Source of the DNA: Burkholderiales bacterium
Lineage (GTDB): Bacteria > Bacillota > Clostridia > Christensenellales > SZUA-584
Reading direction: 5' to 3'
Assembly: GCA_050260375.1 (NCBI GenBank)
Contig: JBLNCA010000007.1
Location: 1,597-65,596, forward strand
DNA: 64,000 bases
The notes under the pieces were generated by a model. That model was not told the origin of the DNA. It searched no databases and was given only the letters and a program-made list of their open reading frames with translations. Positions within the stretch are counted from its first letter, which is position 1; every line of letters begins with the position of its first letter. Positions 20,140-28,910 of the stretch are shown in pieces. A program made the translations under genes and the position numbers.

Positions 20140-20292
20140 TTGGCATCTCCTTTTTTTGATTTATTCTACCATACCTGGGCGCTGAAAAGTTTAAAATTTT
20201 TTGGAACCCGGAACAGCATAGATTTATTAGCGCCCTGAGCGCACAGCGGCGCAGCGCGAATATTCCCGCAATCAGCCGTTTGGGGCGCTTGC

Positions 20293-20325
20293 AAAAAGGG
20301 AGAGTGCGCCCTTTGCCACTCTCCC
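20293..20325 (-). terminator. Intrinsic terminator after tsf
   Basis: The minus RNA reads GGGAGAGUG-gcaaagggc-CACUCUCCC followed by UUUUU, 13 nt after the tsf stop. Confidence 0.8.
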
Positions 20326-20337
20326 TAAAGCATGTCG

Positions 20338-21255
20338 TTATTTGGACGTCTGCTTCATTACCTCTTCCGCGAAGTCGTCCTTGCGTTTTTCGAGGCCTTC
20401 GCCCATCTCATAGCGCACAAAGCGACGTATCTCTATGTTCTCGCCCAGCTTGCCCGACATTTCCTTGACGAGCTGCTTTATCGATTTGTTCTGGTCCTTT
20501 ACGAACACCTGCTCTATGAGGCAGAAATCCTTATAGTATTTCTGTATTCGGCCTTCCACCATCTTGTCTACGATCTTTTCGGGCTTGCCCTCATTGAGCG
20601 CCTGCACGCGCAGTATCTCCTTTTCGCTCGCTATCACATCTTCGGGCACGTCCGAAGGGTTTAAGTATAGCGGATTCGCGGCCGCTATCTGCATTGCGAC
20701 GTCGTGAGCAAAAGCCTTCAGCTCGGCGTTGCCCGCGGCGGCAGCCGACTCGCAGCCAATCTCGACCAGCACGCCTATCTTGCCGCCCATGTGTATATAG
20801 CTGTCCACAAGCCCCGCTCCGCTCAGACCGAAGCGCGTAAAGCGACGAATGTCTATCTTCTCGCCTATCTCGCCTATCTTCTCCTTGACAAGCGTGGATA
20901 CCGTATTCGCTCCGGCGTTCTGTTCCAAAAGCGCCACGACGTCGGAAGGGTCGTTCTCCATTATATGCTTTGCTATACTGCGCACAAAATCGACGAACAC
21001 CGGCGTTTTCGCGACGAAGTCCGTCTCGCAGTTAACCTCTACAAGAACGCCGCCCTCGTCTGAAGTAAAGCTCTCTACCACGCCTTCCGCGGCTATCCTG
21101 TCTGCCTTCTTCGCGGCGGACGCGAGCCCCTTCTCGCGCAGTATCTTTATCGCTTCCTCAAAGTCTCCGTTTGCCTGTGTAAGCGCGTTTTTGCAATCCA
21201 TCATGCCGGCGCCTGTTTTCTCCCTCAACGCCTTAACATCACTCGCAGTGATCAT
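20338..21255 (-). CDS. tsf: Elongation factor Ts
   Basis: 305 aa. [27 protein letters not shown]-like N-terminus. Confidence 0.95.
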   Translation of the reverse strand: MITASDVKALREKTGAGMMDCKNALTQANGDFEEAIKILREKGLASAAKKADRIAAEGVVESFTSDEGGVLVEVNCETDFVAKTPVFVDFVRSIAKHIMENDPSDVVALLEQNAGANTVSTLVKEKIGEIGEKIDIRRFTRFGLSGAGLVDSYIHMGGKIGVLVEIGCESAAAAGNAELKAFAHDVAMQIAAANPLYLNPSDVPEDVIASEKEILRVQALNEGKPEKIVDKMVEGRIQKYYKDFCLIEQVFVKDQNKSIKQLVKEMSGKLGENIEIRRFVRYEMGEGLEKRKDDFAEEVMKQTSK

Positions 21256-21354
21256 ATCTTAAAATCTCCTTATATACTTAATACAGTTATTATACCCTTA
21301 AAAGTCATACTTTTGAGGGCTTGCTTTGCCGTACGATTAAAATCCGCTTCCTTC

Positions 21355-22149
21355 TTACTCGGCTTCGGCCTCTTCGGAGACGGGCTCTTCATCGAACGAG
21401 TCCAGCATATCAACGTCTTCCTCGTCCTCTTCCTCTTCGGCGGGCTCGGACGTATCGGTCAGCTGTTCGCCCTGCTTCGCTTCGAGCACCGCGTCCGCTA
21501 TCTTGGACGCCAGCAGCTTCACGGCGCGTATGGCGTCGTCGTTTCCGGGTATCACGTAATCCACTTCGTCGGGGTCGCAGTTCGTATCGACAATTCCCAC
21601 AATAGGTATGCCCAATGAACGCGCCTCAACGATGGCTATATGCTCCTTTCTCGGGTCGACAACGAACAGCACGCCCGGCAGTTCTTTCATGTCCCTTATA
21701 CCGCCGAGGTTCTTTATGAGTTTTTCCTGCTCGTGCTTGAGTTTTATAACTTCCTTCTTGGGGAGCAGCGCGAATTCGCCCGTCTCCTCCATCTTTTCTA
21801 TCTTTTCAAGGCGCCTCACGCGGCTGCGTATCGTTTTGAAGTTTGTGAGCATGCCGCCCAGCCAGCGCTGGCTCACGTAATACATGCCGCAGCGCTTCGC
21901 TTCCTGTTCAACCGATTCCTGCGCCTGTTTCTTCGTGCCTACGAACAGCACCGTCTTTCCTTCCATCACCGCGTCGCGCACAAAAAAATACGCCTGTTCC
22001 ACCATCTTTACTGTTTTCTGCAGGTCGATGATGTAAATGCCGTTGCGCTCCGTGAAGATGTACTTTTTCATCTTGGGGTTCCAACGCCTTGTCTGGTGCC
22101 CGAAATGGACGCCAGCTTCCAAAAGCTGCTTCATTGAAATGACTGACAC
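21355..22149 (-). CDS. rpsB: 30S ribosomal protein S2
   Basis: The track ORF (to 22338) is over-extended. A GTG at 22149-22147 is preceded by AGGAGG (9-nt spacing) and gives (M)[26 protein letters not shown], the usual S2 N-terminus. Acidic C-terminal tail. Confidence 0.9.
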   Translation of the reverse strand: MSVISMKQLLEAGVHFGHQTRRWNPKMKKYIFTERNGIYIIDLQKTVKMVEQAYFFVRDAVMEGKTVLFVGTKKQAQESVEQEAKRCGMYYVSQRWLGGMLTNFKTIRSRVRRLEKIEKMEETGEFALLPKKEVIKLKHEQEKLIKNLGGIRDMKELPGVLFVVDPRKEHIAIVEARSLGIPIVGIVDTNCDPDEVDYVIPGNDDAIRAVKLLASKIADAVLEAKQGEQLTDTSEPAEEEEDEEDVDMLDSFDEEPVSEEAEAE

Positions 22150-22187
22150 TTCTAATTTCCTCCTGTTTATCCTCCCGCCGCTTCGTC

Positions 22188-22246
22188 TTTTTGCGGAACC
22201 TTTGGGCCATGAAAAAAGATTTAACCCAAAGGCACGGCCGCAAAAA
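22188..22246 (-). promoter_or_regulatory. Long bipartite hairpin in the rpsB 5' UTR
   Basis: UUUUUGCGG/CCGCAAAAA (9 bp) stacked on CCUUUGGG/CCCAAAGG (8 bp) with an 18-nt loop, between the promoter and the SD. No U-tract follows. Confidence 0.6.
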
Positions 22247-22273
22247 TCCGCGCCGGTGTGAAATACAGATGGA

Positions 22274-22302
22274 ATTATAACACAGGGGTAATTGAGAATC
22301 AA
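22274..22302 (-). promoter_or_regulatory. Sigma-A type promoter for rpsB-tsf
   Basis: The minus strand reads TTGATT (22302-22297), 17 nt, then TGT-TATAAT (22279-22274), an extended -10. Confidence 0.6.
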
Positions 22303-22522
22303 CAAAAAATGATAGTCTTTGTTTCGATGCCGAGCCATTTTTTCTTCAAATTCAGCATTTGAACCCCCGACGCTTAATTCATATCTGGATAACTATACCC
22401 TAAGCGCTGTTATCGCCGCGCTGCTTTGCGCCTGAACCCGCATGCGCCTTCTTGCCTGCCCGGCGTACTATGTAGCCCTAAGGCGCTTTAGCCGCATAGT
22501 AAATAAGCTTTCTTTGCTTTTC

Positions 22523-22559
22523 ATCCGCCGTATATAATGCAGCACGGCGGATATTTTTT
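22523..22559 (+). terminator. Orphan terminator-like hairpin upstream of the ger operon
   Basis: ATCCGCCGT (22523-22531), 12-nt loop, ACGGCGGAT (22544-22552), then A + TTTTTT (22554-22559). There is no plus-strand gene upstream. It lies 50 nt before the gerB-type start. Confidence 0.5.
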
Positions 22560-22609
22560 CTATATCTGCAAACAATACTTAATAATTCTTTCGCGGCAGG
22601 TAACAGGCG

Positions 22610-23698
22610 TTGATCAATAACAGGCAGCTTGCTCTTCTTATATTCATCATTTTGGTCGGCGAAACGTCGGCGTATATCCCCGGCCTGATGGCATCGGCCG
22701 CAAGGGAAGGAAACTGGCTGCCTATATTGATCAACTCTGTTGTATTCGGTATTGGCGCTTTTATAATGGTCAAGCTCAACAGCATGTACGACGGGAAGAT
22801 GCTTTTTGAGTACTCCGGCGAGATAATAGGAAAAGCAGGGGCTTACATACTGGGAATTCTATTTATCATATATTTCATTATTGTAGCCGCATATCTGCTG
22901 ACTTCGTTTACCAATCTGCTGAGAAACAACTTTCTTTATAATACTCCGGCGTGGTTTGAACTGCTGCTTGGCATACCCATATTCGGATACGCTGCATATA
23001 AAGGGGTGAGGAATATAGCGCGCATGGCCGAAATGACCGGCGTTCTTTTATTTATCACCGCATTTTTAATACACTTGGCGATGCTTATTCAGGGCAAGAT
23101 TCAAAACATTGAACCTCTATTTAACACGTACGCCATAGGAAGATACCTTGCGGCAATAAAAGAAGCGATAATTCCATTTCTCGGATTGGAGATACTCACG
23201 ATAGTTCCGTTCGCGCTTTCGGCAGAAAAGAAAGCGCCCAAAGTCGCGTTTCTGTCCGTTATCGCATGCGGCGTTTTTTTCGTATTCATTATCGAGACGA
23301 GCATAATGATGGTGGGCATGGACGATATAGTAAACTATACCGACTCTTTGATAGCAGCTATGCGCCAGGTAGAGCTCCCCTCCATTGAGTTCCTCTCAAG
23401 GATAGATATATTCTATCTTACGGTAGGCTTTGCCGTTTCCTTTGTCTATATAATAATAGTGTATTGCGCGATAGTCGAGTATATATGCAAGATGTTTCCG
23501 AAGCTGAGCAGGCTCGCTATTGTCGTTGCGGTGGGCGTAATACTCTTCATACTCGGCATATTTGCAAGCGGTATCGACAACCTGCGCAAGGTGTTCAGCC
23601 TTTACGCCGTCTATCTGATACCGGCGGCTTCGATTGTCATTCCTGTATTGCTTTATATTATTGCAAAGGTGAAAAAAAATGCCCGTAAAACGAATTAG
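22610..23698 (+). CDS. Spore germination receptor B subunit (GerAB/GerKB-type permease-like protein)
   Basis: 362 aa, about 10 TM. N-terminus INNRQLALLIFIILVGE is typical of the family. TTG start. First gene of the B-C-A operon. Confidence 0.8.
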   Translation: MINNRQLALLIFIILVGETSAYIPGLMASAAREGNWLPILINSVVFGIGAFIMVKLNSMYDGKMLFEYSGEIIGKAGAYILGILFIIYFIIVAAYLLTSFTNLLRNNFLYNTPAWFELLLGIPIFGYAAYKGVRNIARMAEMTGVLLFITAFLIHLAMLIQGKIQNIEPLFNTYAIGRYLAAIKEAIIPFLGLEILTIVPFALSAEKKAPKVAFLSVIACGVFFVFIIETSIMMVGMDDIVNYTDSLIAAMRQVELPSIEFLSRIDIFYLTVGFAVSFVYIIIVYCAIVEYICKMFPKLSRLAIVVAVGVILFILGIFASGIDNLRKVFSLYAVYLIPAASIVIPVLLYIIAKVKKNARKTN

Positions 23699-24794
23699 GT
23701 TAACAGTACTGATTATACTTATCATCTTTACGGCTGCAGGGTGCTGGGATGCACGGGACGTAGAAGACAAGGACATAGTGATCACAGTGGCCGTGGACAG
23801 GACGGCGGAAGGCGCTCACGCCTTTTACGTAAAAGTCGCGTCCGTCTCTGCCGGCGGGGAGAGCGGCACGCAGAATAAGACAGGCTTTACATCCAGGCTG
23901 GTCACGGGTATGGGCGGCTCGTATATCGAAGCAAGGGAAAATATCGACAGGTCTGCAGACAACCCTATATTTCTTGGATCTGTGCAGACGATAATACTCA
24001 CGGAAAGGCTGGCTTACAGCGGTATCGAGGATTATATGCTCAGGGTACGCCAGACGCCGGAATACAGGAAGACTCTCGACGTAGTGGTTACGCCCACCGA
24101 ACCTGTAACGCTGTTGAATTATGAGCCGGAAAACGAACACACGGCCGGGTTTGCAATAGAATCCGTTATAAAAAGCCTTGTCGATTCCGGCCAGACATTT
24201 GATTTCTCGCTTGGAGATCTGCTTGGAATAATAGCGTCCCGCAACAAATGCTTTCTGCTGCACAATGTCGCCTTGAAAGAGAACATTGCCGTTATCGGTT
24301 ATTCCATTTTTGACAACGGCATTTGCACCGGCTTTATACCCATCGAGGAAAGCAAAGGGGTACTGTTCCTCATGGCGGACGCGCCCCAGCCATATTATAA
24401 CATAGGTTTCAGCATGGGCAACGCGGCGGTAAGGGTGCGCAGCGTCGCCAAAGATATAAGGCCGTATTATAACGACGGAAAAATAAGCTTTGACTTGAGC
24501 TTTGACATAAACGCCCAGGTGCTGTCTTTAAGCGGCAACATAAAGATATCGGAGCAAACGCGGCAGGAAATAGAATCGGGACTCGAGGCAAAGATACTTG
24601 ACGACCTTTCAAAAGCCGTTATGAAATCGCAAAGCTTAGGGTGTGATTACCTAGACTTCCATACTTTTTTCAGGATCAGGTACCCGGAAGAAGCAAACAA
24701 CATGGACTGGAAAGAGGAATATAAACGCGCCGCTTTCAACATAAGCGTAAGCGCCAAGCTGGACCTTGTAAGCACGGTAAACTACAGCGAATAG
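23679..24794 (+). CDS. Spore germination receptor C subunit (Ger(x)C lipoprotein)
   Basis: 371 aa. Lipobox LIIFTAAGC followed by WD. Start overlaps the preceding gene by 20 nt. Confidence 0.8.
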   Translation: MPVKRIRLTVLIILIIFTAAGCWDARDVEDKDIVITVAVDRTAEGAHAFYVKVASVSAGGESGTQNKTGFTSRLVTGMGGSYIEARENIDRSADNPIFLGSVQTIILTERLAYSGIEDYMLRVRQTPEYRKTLDVVVTPTEPVTLLNYEPENEHTAGFAIESVIKSLVDSGQTFDFSLGDLLGIIASRNKCFLLHNVALKENIAVIGYSIFDNGICTGFIPIEESKGVLFLMADAPQPYYNIGFSMGNAAVRVRSVAKDIRPYYNDGKISFDLSFDINAQVLSLSGNIKISEQTRQEIESGLEAKILDDLSKAVMKSQSLGCDYLDFHTFFRIRYPEEANNMDWKEEYKRAAFNISVSAKLDLVSTVNYSE

Positions 24795-24804
24795 AGGTGA
24801 AGCA

Positions 24805-26238
24805 ATGAACAACCAACGGCAATTTGACGAAACCGTAAAGAACCTGGAGATAAAGGACAAGGGCTACAGCGTGAGGACAATCCCCTATAAGGGAGGGTTA
24901 ATAAAGTTATTTTTTATAAAGCAGCTTACTGACGCCGTATCCCTTACCGAGAACGTAATAAAGCCGCTTATTCAGCATATAAACGCATCGCAGAACGCGC
25001 CGAAGGCAAAAAATGTGTTGGAAAACGTTATTTTCGCCGAGGACACCAGGCTGGAAAACGATTACTCTATTGCCGAGCAATATCTGCTCGACGGAATGAC
25101 GGTTATACTTTTCAGCGGCGAACGCGAATATATTACCGTAAATATCAAAAAAGCGGAGCACCGCCAGGTCGCTGCTCCCGAGCTCAGCTACACGCTCCGG
25201 TCACCTCGCGACTGCTTTGTGGAAAATCTCGACACCAACCTTTCGCTGTTGCGCTACAGGGTAAAAGACCCGGACTTTCGGGCAGAGGAAATGACGGTAG
25301 GCAAACGTACGAAGACCCGCGTAGTGCTTTCATATATCGAGAGCATAATCGACCCCAATTTGGTAAAGGATATCCGCAACAGGATAAACAGCATAAACAT
25401 CGATGCAATAGTCGATTCGAGCGAACTGCAGCATTTACTGTCAACCAAAAATTCGATGCTGCCTCAGATGGGAGTAATAGAGAGATCCGACCTGGCCGTG
25501 GAAACGCTTTTAGAAGGAAAGATGGTAATACTCGTGGACGGCAGCAATCTCCCGCTGTCCGTACCGAAGGTGTTTACCGAATTTCTGTATTCGTGCGACG
25601 ACCGGTATGATAACAGGTATTTCGCGTTATTCATCAGGATACTGCGCTATATCGCCTTTTTCATATCTTATACCGGCGCGGCGTTGTATGTAGCCATTGA
25701 GTCCTTTCATAACGACATATTGCCCGCAGACTACGTACTGCTGCTTGCTCAGATGAGAGCAAAAGTTCCTTATACCGCTTTGGTGGGCGCGCTTATACTG
25801 GAGTTCGTCACTGAACTGATACGCGAAGCGCTGCTGCGCGTACCCAAGCAGATAGGCCCGGCGATAGGCATTGTGGGCGCCATAATAATCGGGCAGGCGG
25901 CAATGTCTTCTGGGCTGTTTACATCCGTGCTGCTTATACTTATTTCCATTGAATTTCTGGCGTCCTTTTCGGTGCCGGATTTTACGCTTATGAACCCGTT
26001 TCGCGTCATTAAGCTGCTTATAATATTATTATCGGGACTCGCGGGCTTTTACGGGCTTATACTCGGCCTCACATTCGTGCTTGCCAAGCTTGTTTCCACC
26101 GATTCGTTCGGAGTTCCTTATATGGCGCCGTTCGCTCCATTTAACCGCTATGATTTCAAGCGTGCGTTTTCTTTTAACCGTGCAAACAGCAAACAGCGCC
26201 AGCATTATGTAAAACCGAAGGACGCGAAGAGAGGCTGA
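24805..26238 (+). CDS. Spore germination receptor A subunit (GerA/GerKA family)
   Basis: 477 aa. Soluble N-terminal two-thirds and a C-terminal block of TM helices (GPAIGIVGAIIIGQAAM...), the GerA-family layout. Confidence 0.8.
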   Translation: MNNQRQFDETVKNLEIKDKGYSVRTIPYKGGLIKLFFIKQLTDAVSLTENVIKPLIQHINASQNAPKAKNVLENVIFAEDTRLENDYSIAEQYLLDGMTVILFSGEREYITVNIKKAEHRQVAAPELSYTLRSPRDCFVENLDTNLSLLRYRVKDPDFRAEEMTVGKRTKTRVVLSYIESIIDPNLVKDIRNRINSINIDAIVDSSELQHLLSTKNSMLPQMGVIERSDLAVETLLEGKMVILVDGSNLPLSVPKVFTEFLYSCDDRYDNRYFALFIRILRYIAFFISYTGAALYVAIESFHNDILPADYVLLLAQMRAKVPYTALVGALILEFVTELIREALLRVPKQIGPAIGIVGAIIIGQAAMSSGLFTSVLLILISIEFLASFSVPDFTLMNPFRVIKLLIILLSGLAGFYGLILGLTFVLAKLVSTDSFGVPYMAPFAPFNRYDFKRAFSFNRANSKQRQHYVKPKDAKRG

Positions 26239-26298
26239 GTACCGAATTATTAAGCCCTCCGGTTTTGTGTACCGCAATGCTAGATCTTTATTCCATAC

Positions 26299-26324
26299 AA
26301 AAAGCGCCTTCCGTGAGGCGCTTT
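26299..26324. terminator. Bidirectional terminator between the ger operon and the LCP gene
   Basis: AAAGCGCC-ttccgtga-GGCGCTTT flanked by an A-run and T-run. The U-tract is better on the minus-strand (LCP) side. Confidence 0.65.
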
Positions 26325-26360
26325 GAGTGTTGATGCCTCTTTATTTCCGGATTACCTGAT

Positions 26361-26418
26361 ACACCTCATCCGGCGCTTCGCGCCACCTTCCCCCGAGGGG
26401 GGAAGGCTACACCTCATG
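26361..26418 (+). repeat. Family-2 composite GC-hairpin element
   Basis: CACCTCAT-CC-GGCGCttcGCGCC-A-CCTTCCCCC-ga-GGGGGGAAGG-CTA-CACCTCAT. Two hairpins are bracketed by an 8-bp direct repeat. Related halves occur at 63501-63535 and 63631-63665. Confidence 0.7.
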
Positions 26419-26434
26419 CGTCGCTTTGATGCTA

Positions 26435-27433
26435 CTAATTCTCCAAAAAGTCCTGAAGCTTTTTCATCTCGGTATCGAAATCTTTGGGCTGCACTATTGA
26501 GCCCACTCCCTTTATCATGGAATTATCATACTTCTCGGGGTACCTGAACGTCTTAAGCCCTCCGGTGATGCCCTTGACGGTTTTTGCTATCTCGAGTATA
26601 TCTCCTAAAGGTATATCCGTGCGTACATACTGGTACATCGCGTCTATGAGTCCGGGTATCTCGTCAAGGCTTATATCCTTCGCCTTGCTAAAAAGCTGAG
26701 AAAGCACGGTATGCTGGCGCGCTATCCTCCCATCGTCCCAGTCCGGATGGCGTATCCTCATATACGCCACCGCCTGCCGCCCGTTTAAGTGGTGCTTTCC
26801 GGGTTTATCTATAGTCTTCACCGCATGCTTGCTGTCTTCCTTGTTTATCTCGTTTATGTTGATATTCAGCCATTCGAACTCCTTCCCCTTGTTTATCGTC
26901 ACGTCCACGCCGCCAAACGCGTTTATTATGTCTTCCATGCCGTAGAAGTTGATGATTACATAATGGTCGGGGTTTATGCCGAAGTTTTGCTGAAACGTCT
27001 TTTTCGTAAGGTCTATGCCCTCCATGCTGAACGCTGTATTAAGCTTGTTCATGTTATGGCCTTCTATAGGCACGTATGTATCCCTCATGAACGAAGCAAG
27101 CTTCAATACGTTTTTGTCCTTGTCTATGCGCAATACCATCATCACATCCGAGAGGCCGGTAAATTTCCCTGCGCGCCTGTTGTCCACGCCGATGAGCAGT
27201 ATGTCCATAGTTCCCGCAGTCTCTTCGACCTGCTCCACTTCGCCGCCCCTATACGTAGGCAAACCACTTGTTCCGGGGTCTATCTCCACCGCCAAAGCCG
27301 CGACGGGGTCCACGCCCGGTTTCTCCCATATCTTTGCAACGTTCATATATATGAATACGACGCAGACTATAAAAGACAGTGCAAGCGCGCACAGCGCAAT
27401 CAGCAATATTTTTAATAATTTCCTCCTGCTCAA
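26435..27433 (-). CDS. LCP family protein (LytR-CpsA-Psr cell-envelope polymer ligase)
   Basis: 332 aa. N-terminal TM anchor; DILLIGVDNR...SDVMMVLRID...NGRQAVAYMRIRH. TTG start with GGAGGTG SD. Confidence 0.85.
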   Translation of the reverse strand: MSRRKLLKILLIALCALALSFIVCVVFIYMNVAKIWEKPGVDPVAALAVEIDPGTSGLPTYRGGEVEQVEETAGTMDILLIGVDNRRAGKFTGLSDVMMVLRIDKDKNVLKLASFMRDTYVPIEGHNMNKLNTAFSMEGIDLTKKTFQQNFGINPDHYVIINFYGMEDIINAFGGVDVTINKGKEFEWLNININEINKEDSKHAVKTIDKPGKHHLNGRQAVAYMRIRHPDWDDGRIARQHTVLSQLFSKAKDISLDEIPGLIDAMYQYVRTDIPLGDILEIAKTVKGITGGLKTFRYPEKYDNSMIKGVGSIVQPKDFDTEMKKLQDFLEN

Positions 27434-27494
27434 ACCCCAACACCTCCTGTCAGTACTTTAATAATACGACATTTTTCGGATATTGTACATACTT

Positions 27495-27622
27495 TTTACA
27501 TCACCGCCTCAAATAGCCTCACGTCTTGCCGGGGACCCCGTATTTACACCCCATAAAACTCTTGCTTTATGGGGACCCCGTATTTACACCCCATAAAGCT
27601 TTTGCTTTATGGGGACCCCGTA
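27495..27622 (+). repeat. Family-1 hairpin repeat, array of three units
   Basis: A degenerate unit at 27495-27542, then two 40-bp units: 27543-27582 (TTTACACCCCATAAAACTCTTGCTTTATGGGGACCCCGTA) and 27583-27622 (TTTACACCCCATAAAGCTTTTGCTTTATGGGGACCCCGTA). Confidence 0.9.
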
Positions 27623-27664
27623 AAAAAAGCAGCGGGGCGTTTAATCACCCCACCGCAGTTTTTT
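27622..27664 (-). terminator. Intrinsic terminator after the upstream LCP paralog
   Basis: The minus RNA reads CUGCGGUGGGG-ugauuaaacg-CCCCGCUGC (9 bp including 2 GU) followed by UUUUUUU. An A-run and T-run flank it on both sides. Confidence 0.7.
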
Positions 27665-27686
27665 GAAATATTAAATGAAATTCCGT

Positions 27687-28727
27687 CTAGTTTTCGAGAA
27701 AATCGTGCAGATTCTTTATAGCTGTGTCGAAGTCCTTAGGCTGTACTATCGACATCCCCTTGTAGCCGCCGTTTGCGAAGTCGTCAGGATACATGAATCT
27801 TCCAAGCTCGGTGCCCTCCATGGTTTTTATGGTGTTTGCCAAGTCGAGCATCTTGTCCAAAGGTATATCGGTGCGTACATATTTAATCATAGAGTCGATA
27901 AGCCCGGGTATCTCCGACATGCCTACGTCTTTAGCTTTCTTAAACAGCGCTGAAAGCACCGTCTGCTGGCGCACTATCCTTCCGTTGTCGCCGCCCGGAT
28001 GCCTTATCCTCATATACGCCACTGCCTGGCGCCCGTTGAGGTGGTGCTCGCCCGCCTTGTTGATATTTTCAGCGTCTTTGCCGCTGTCTTCGTTGTTTAT
28101 CTCGTTGATATTTATATTGAGCCATTCAAGCTCGTTTTTTTCAATATTGACATCAACGCCGCCCAGCCCTTCGATTATGTCTTCCATGCCGTAGAAGTTT
28201 ACGATGATGTAGTAATCGGGCGCAAGGCCGAAGCTGTCTTTAAACGTCTTCTTAGTAAGATCGGTGCCGCCGAAGCTGTAAGCGGCGTTAAGCTTGTTTT
28301 TGCCGTGCCCGTCTATCTCCACAAGCGTATCCCTCATGAACGACGCGAGCTTTAATTTGCCGCTGTTTTTATCGACGCGCATATAGATAAGTACGTCCGA
28401 GCGCCCGGAAAACTTTCCGTTTTCCCTGTTGTCCACGCCTATGAGCAATATGTCGGTAGCGCCCGGCTCTTTTTCGATTTCCGGAGCCGTGCCGCCTTGA
28501 AATGAAGCGTCGGGCAGCCCGCTGGCTTCAGGGTCCGTCTCATACACTTCGCCGCCTGCGCCGACTTCGGGCTTGTCCCAAATCTGCGCGATGTTTGCCC
28601 AAATATATACGCCCGTTCCTATAAGCATTACCGCCAATACGCATATCACTATGGCCAGTACTTTTATAGGCTTCTTTTTCTTCTTAGGAACATTGATCCT
28701 AATTGATTTCTCCGCCAACCTGTTCAC
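27687..28727 (-). CDS. LCP family protein, tandem paralog
   Basis: 346 aa. Collinear with the downstream LCP, including an identical-type C-terminus (SIVQPKDFDT...DFLEN). The start is GTG at 28727 or, more likely given SD spacing, TTG at 28718. Confidence 0.85.
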   Translation of the reverse strand: MNRLAEKSIRINVPKKKKKPIKVLAIVICVLAVMLIGTGVYIWANIAQIWDKPEVGAGGEVYETDPEASGLPDASFQGGTAPEIEKEPGATDILLIGVDNRENGKFSGRSDVLIYMRVDKNSGKLKLASFMRDTLVEIDGHGKNKLNAAYSFGGTDLTKKTFKDSFGLAPDYYIIVNFYGMEDIIEGLGGVDVNIEKNELEWLNININEINNEDSGKDAENINKAGEHHLNGRQAVAYMRIRHPGGDNGRIVRQQTVLSALFKKAKDVGMSEIPGLIDSMIKYVRTDIPLDKMLDLANTIKTMEGTELGRFMYPDDFANGGYKGMSIVQPKDFDTAIKNLHDFLEN

Positions 28728-28910
28728 ACTCCTAATAAACTTTTATCTAAAAGCCTTCGCTTTTAAGGATTTCACCACCGGCCCGAACCAAAAAGTTCAA
28801 GCATATATATGCAATCACCATCATACAACATGTTTTTTGATTTGTATATACTTATATAAAACATAATAATATGGTTTTATGCCATATAATGCTTAAGATT
28901 TTTCTCTTTG

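Noticed and set aside
22150-22338. N-terminal extensions given by the longest-ORF track for rpsB. The same issue applies to rplS (53591-53656), hslV (38561-38647), RNase J (33432-33473), topA (42395-42406), hslU (38029-38043) and pheA (59421-59498).
   Set aside because: In each case an internal start with a proper SD reproduces the canonical N-terminus of the family. The extension runs through promoter, leader, repeat or upstream-gene sequence.
22470-22507. A forespore sigma-G-like -10 element, CATAGTA (22494-22500), upstream of the ger operon.
   Set aside because: No acceptable -35 (GnATA-type) lies at 17-18 nt. The element also lies upstream of the terminator-like hairpin. This is not enough to annotate a promoter.
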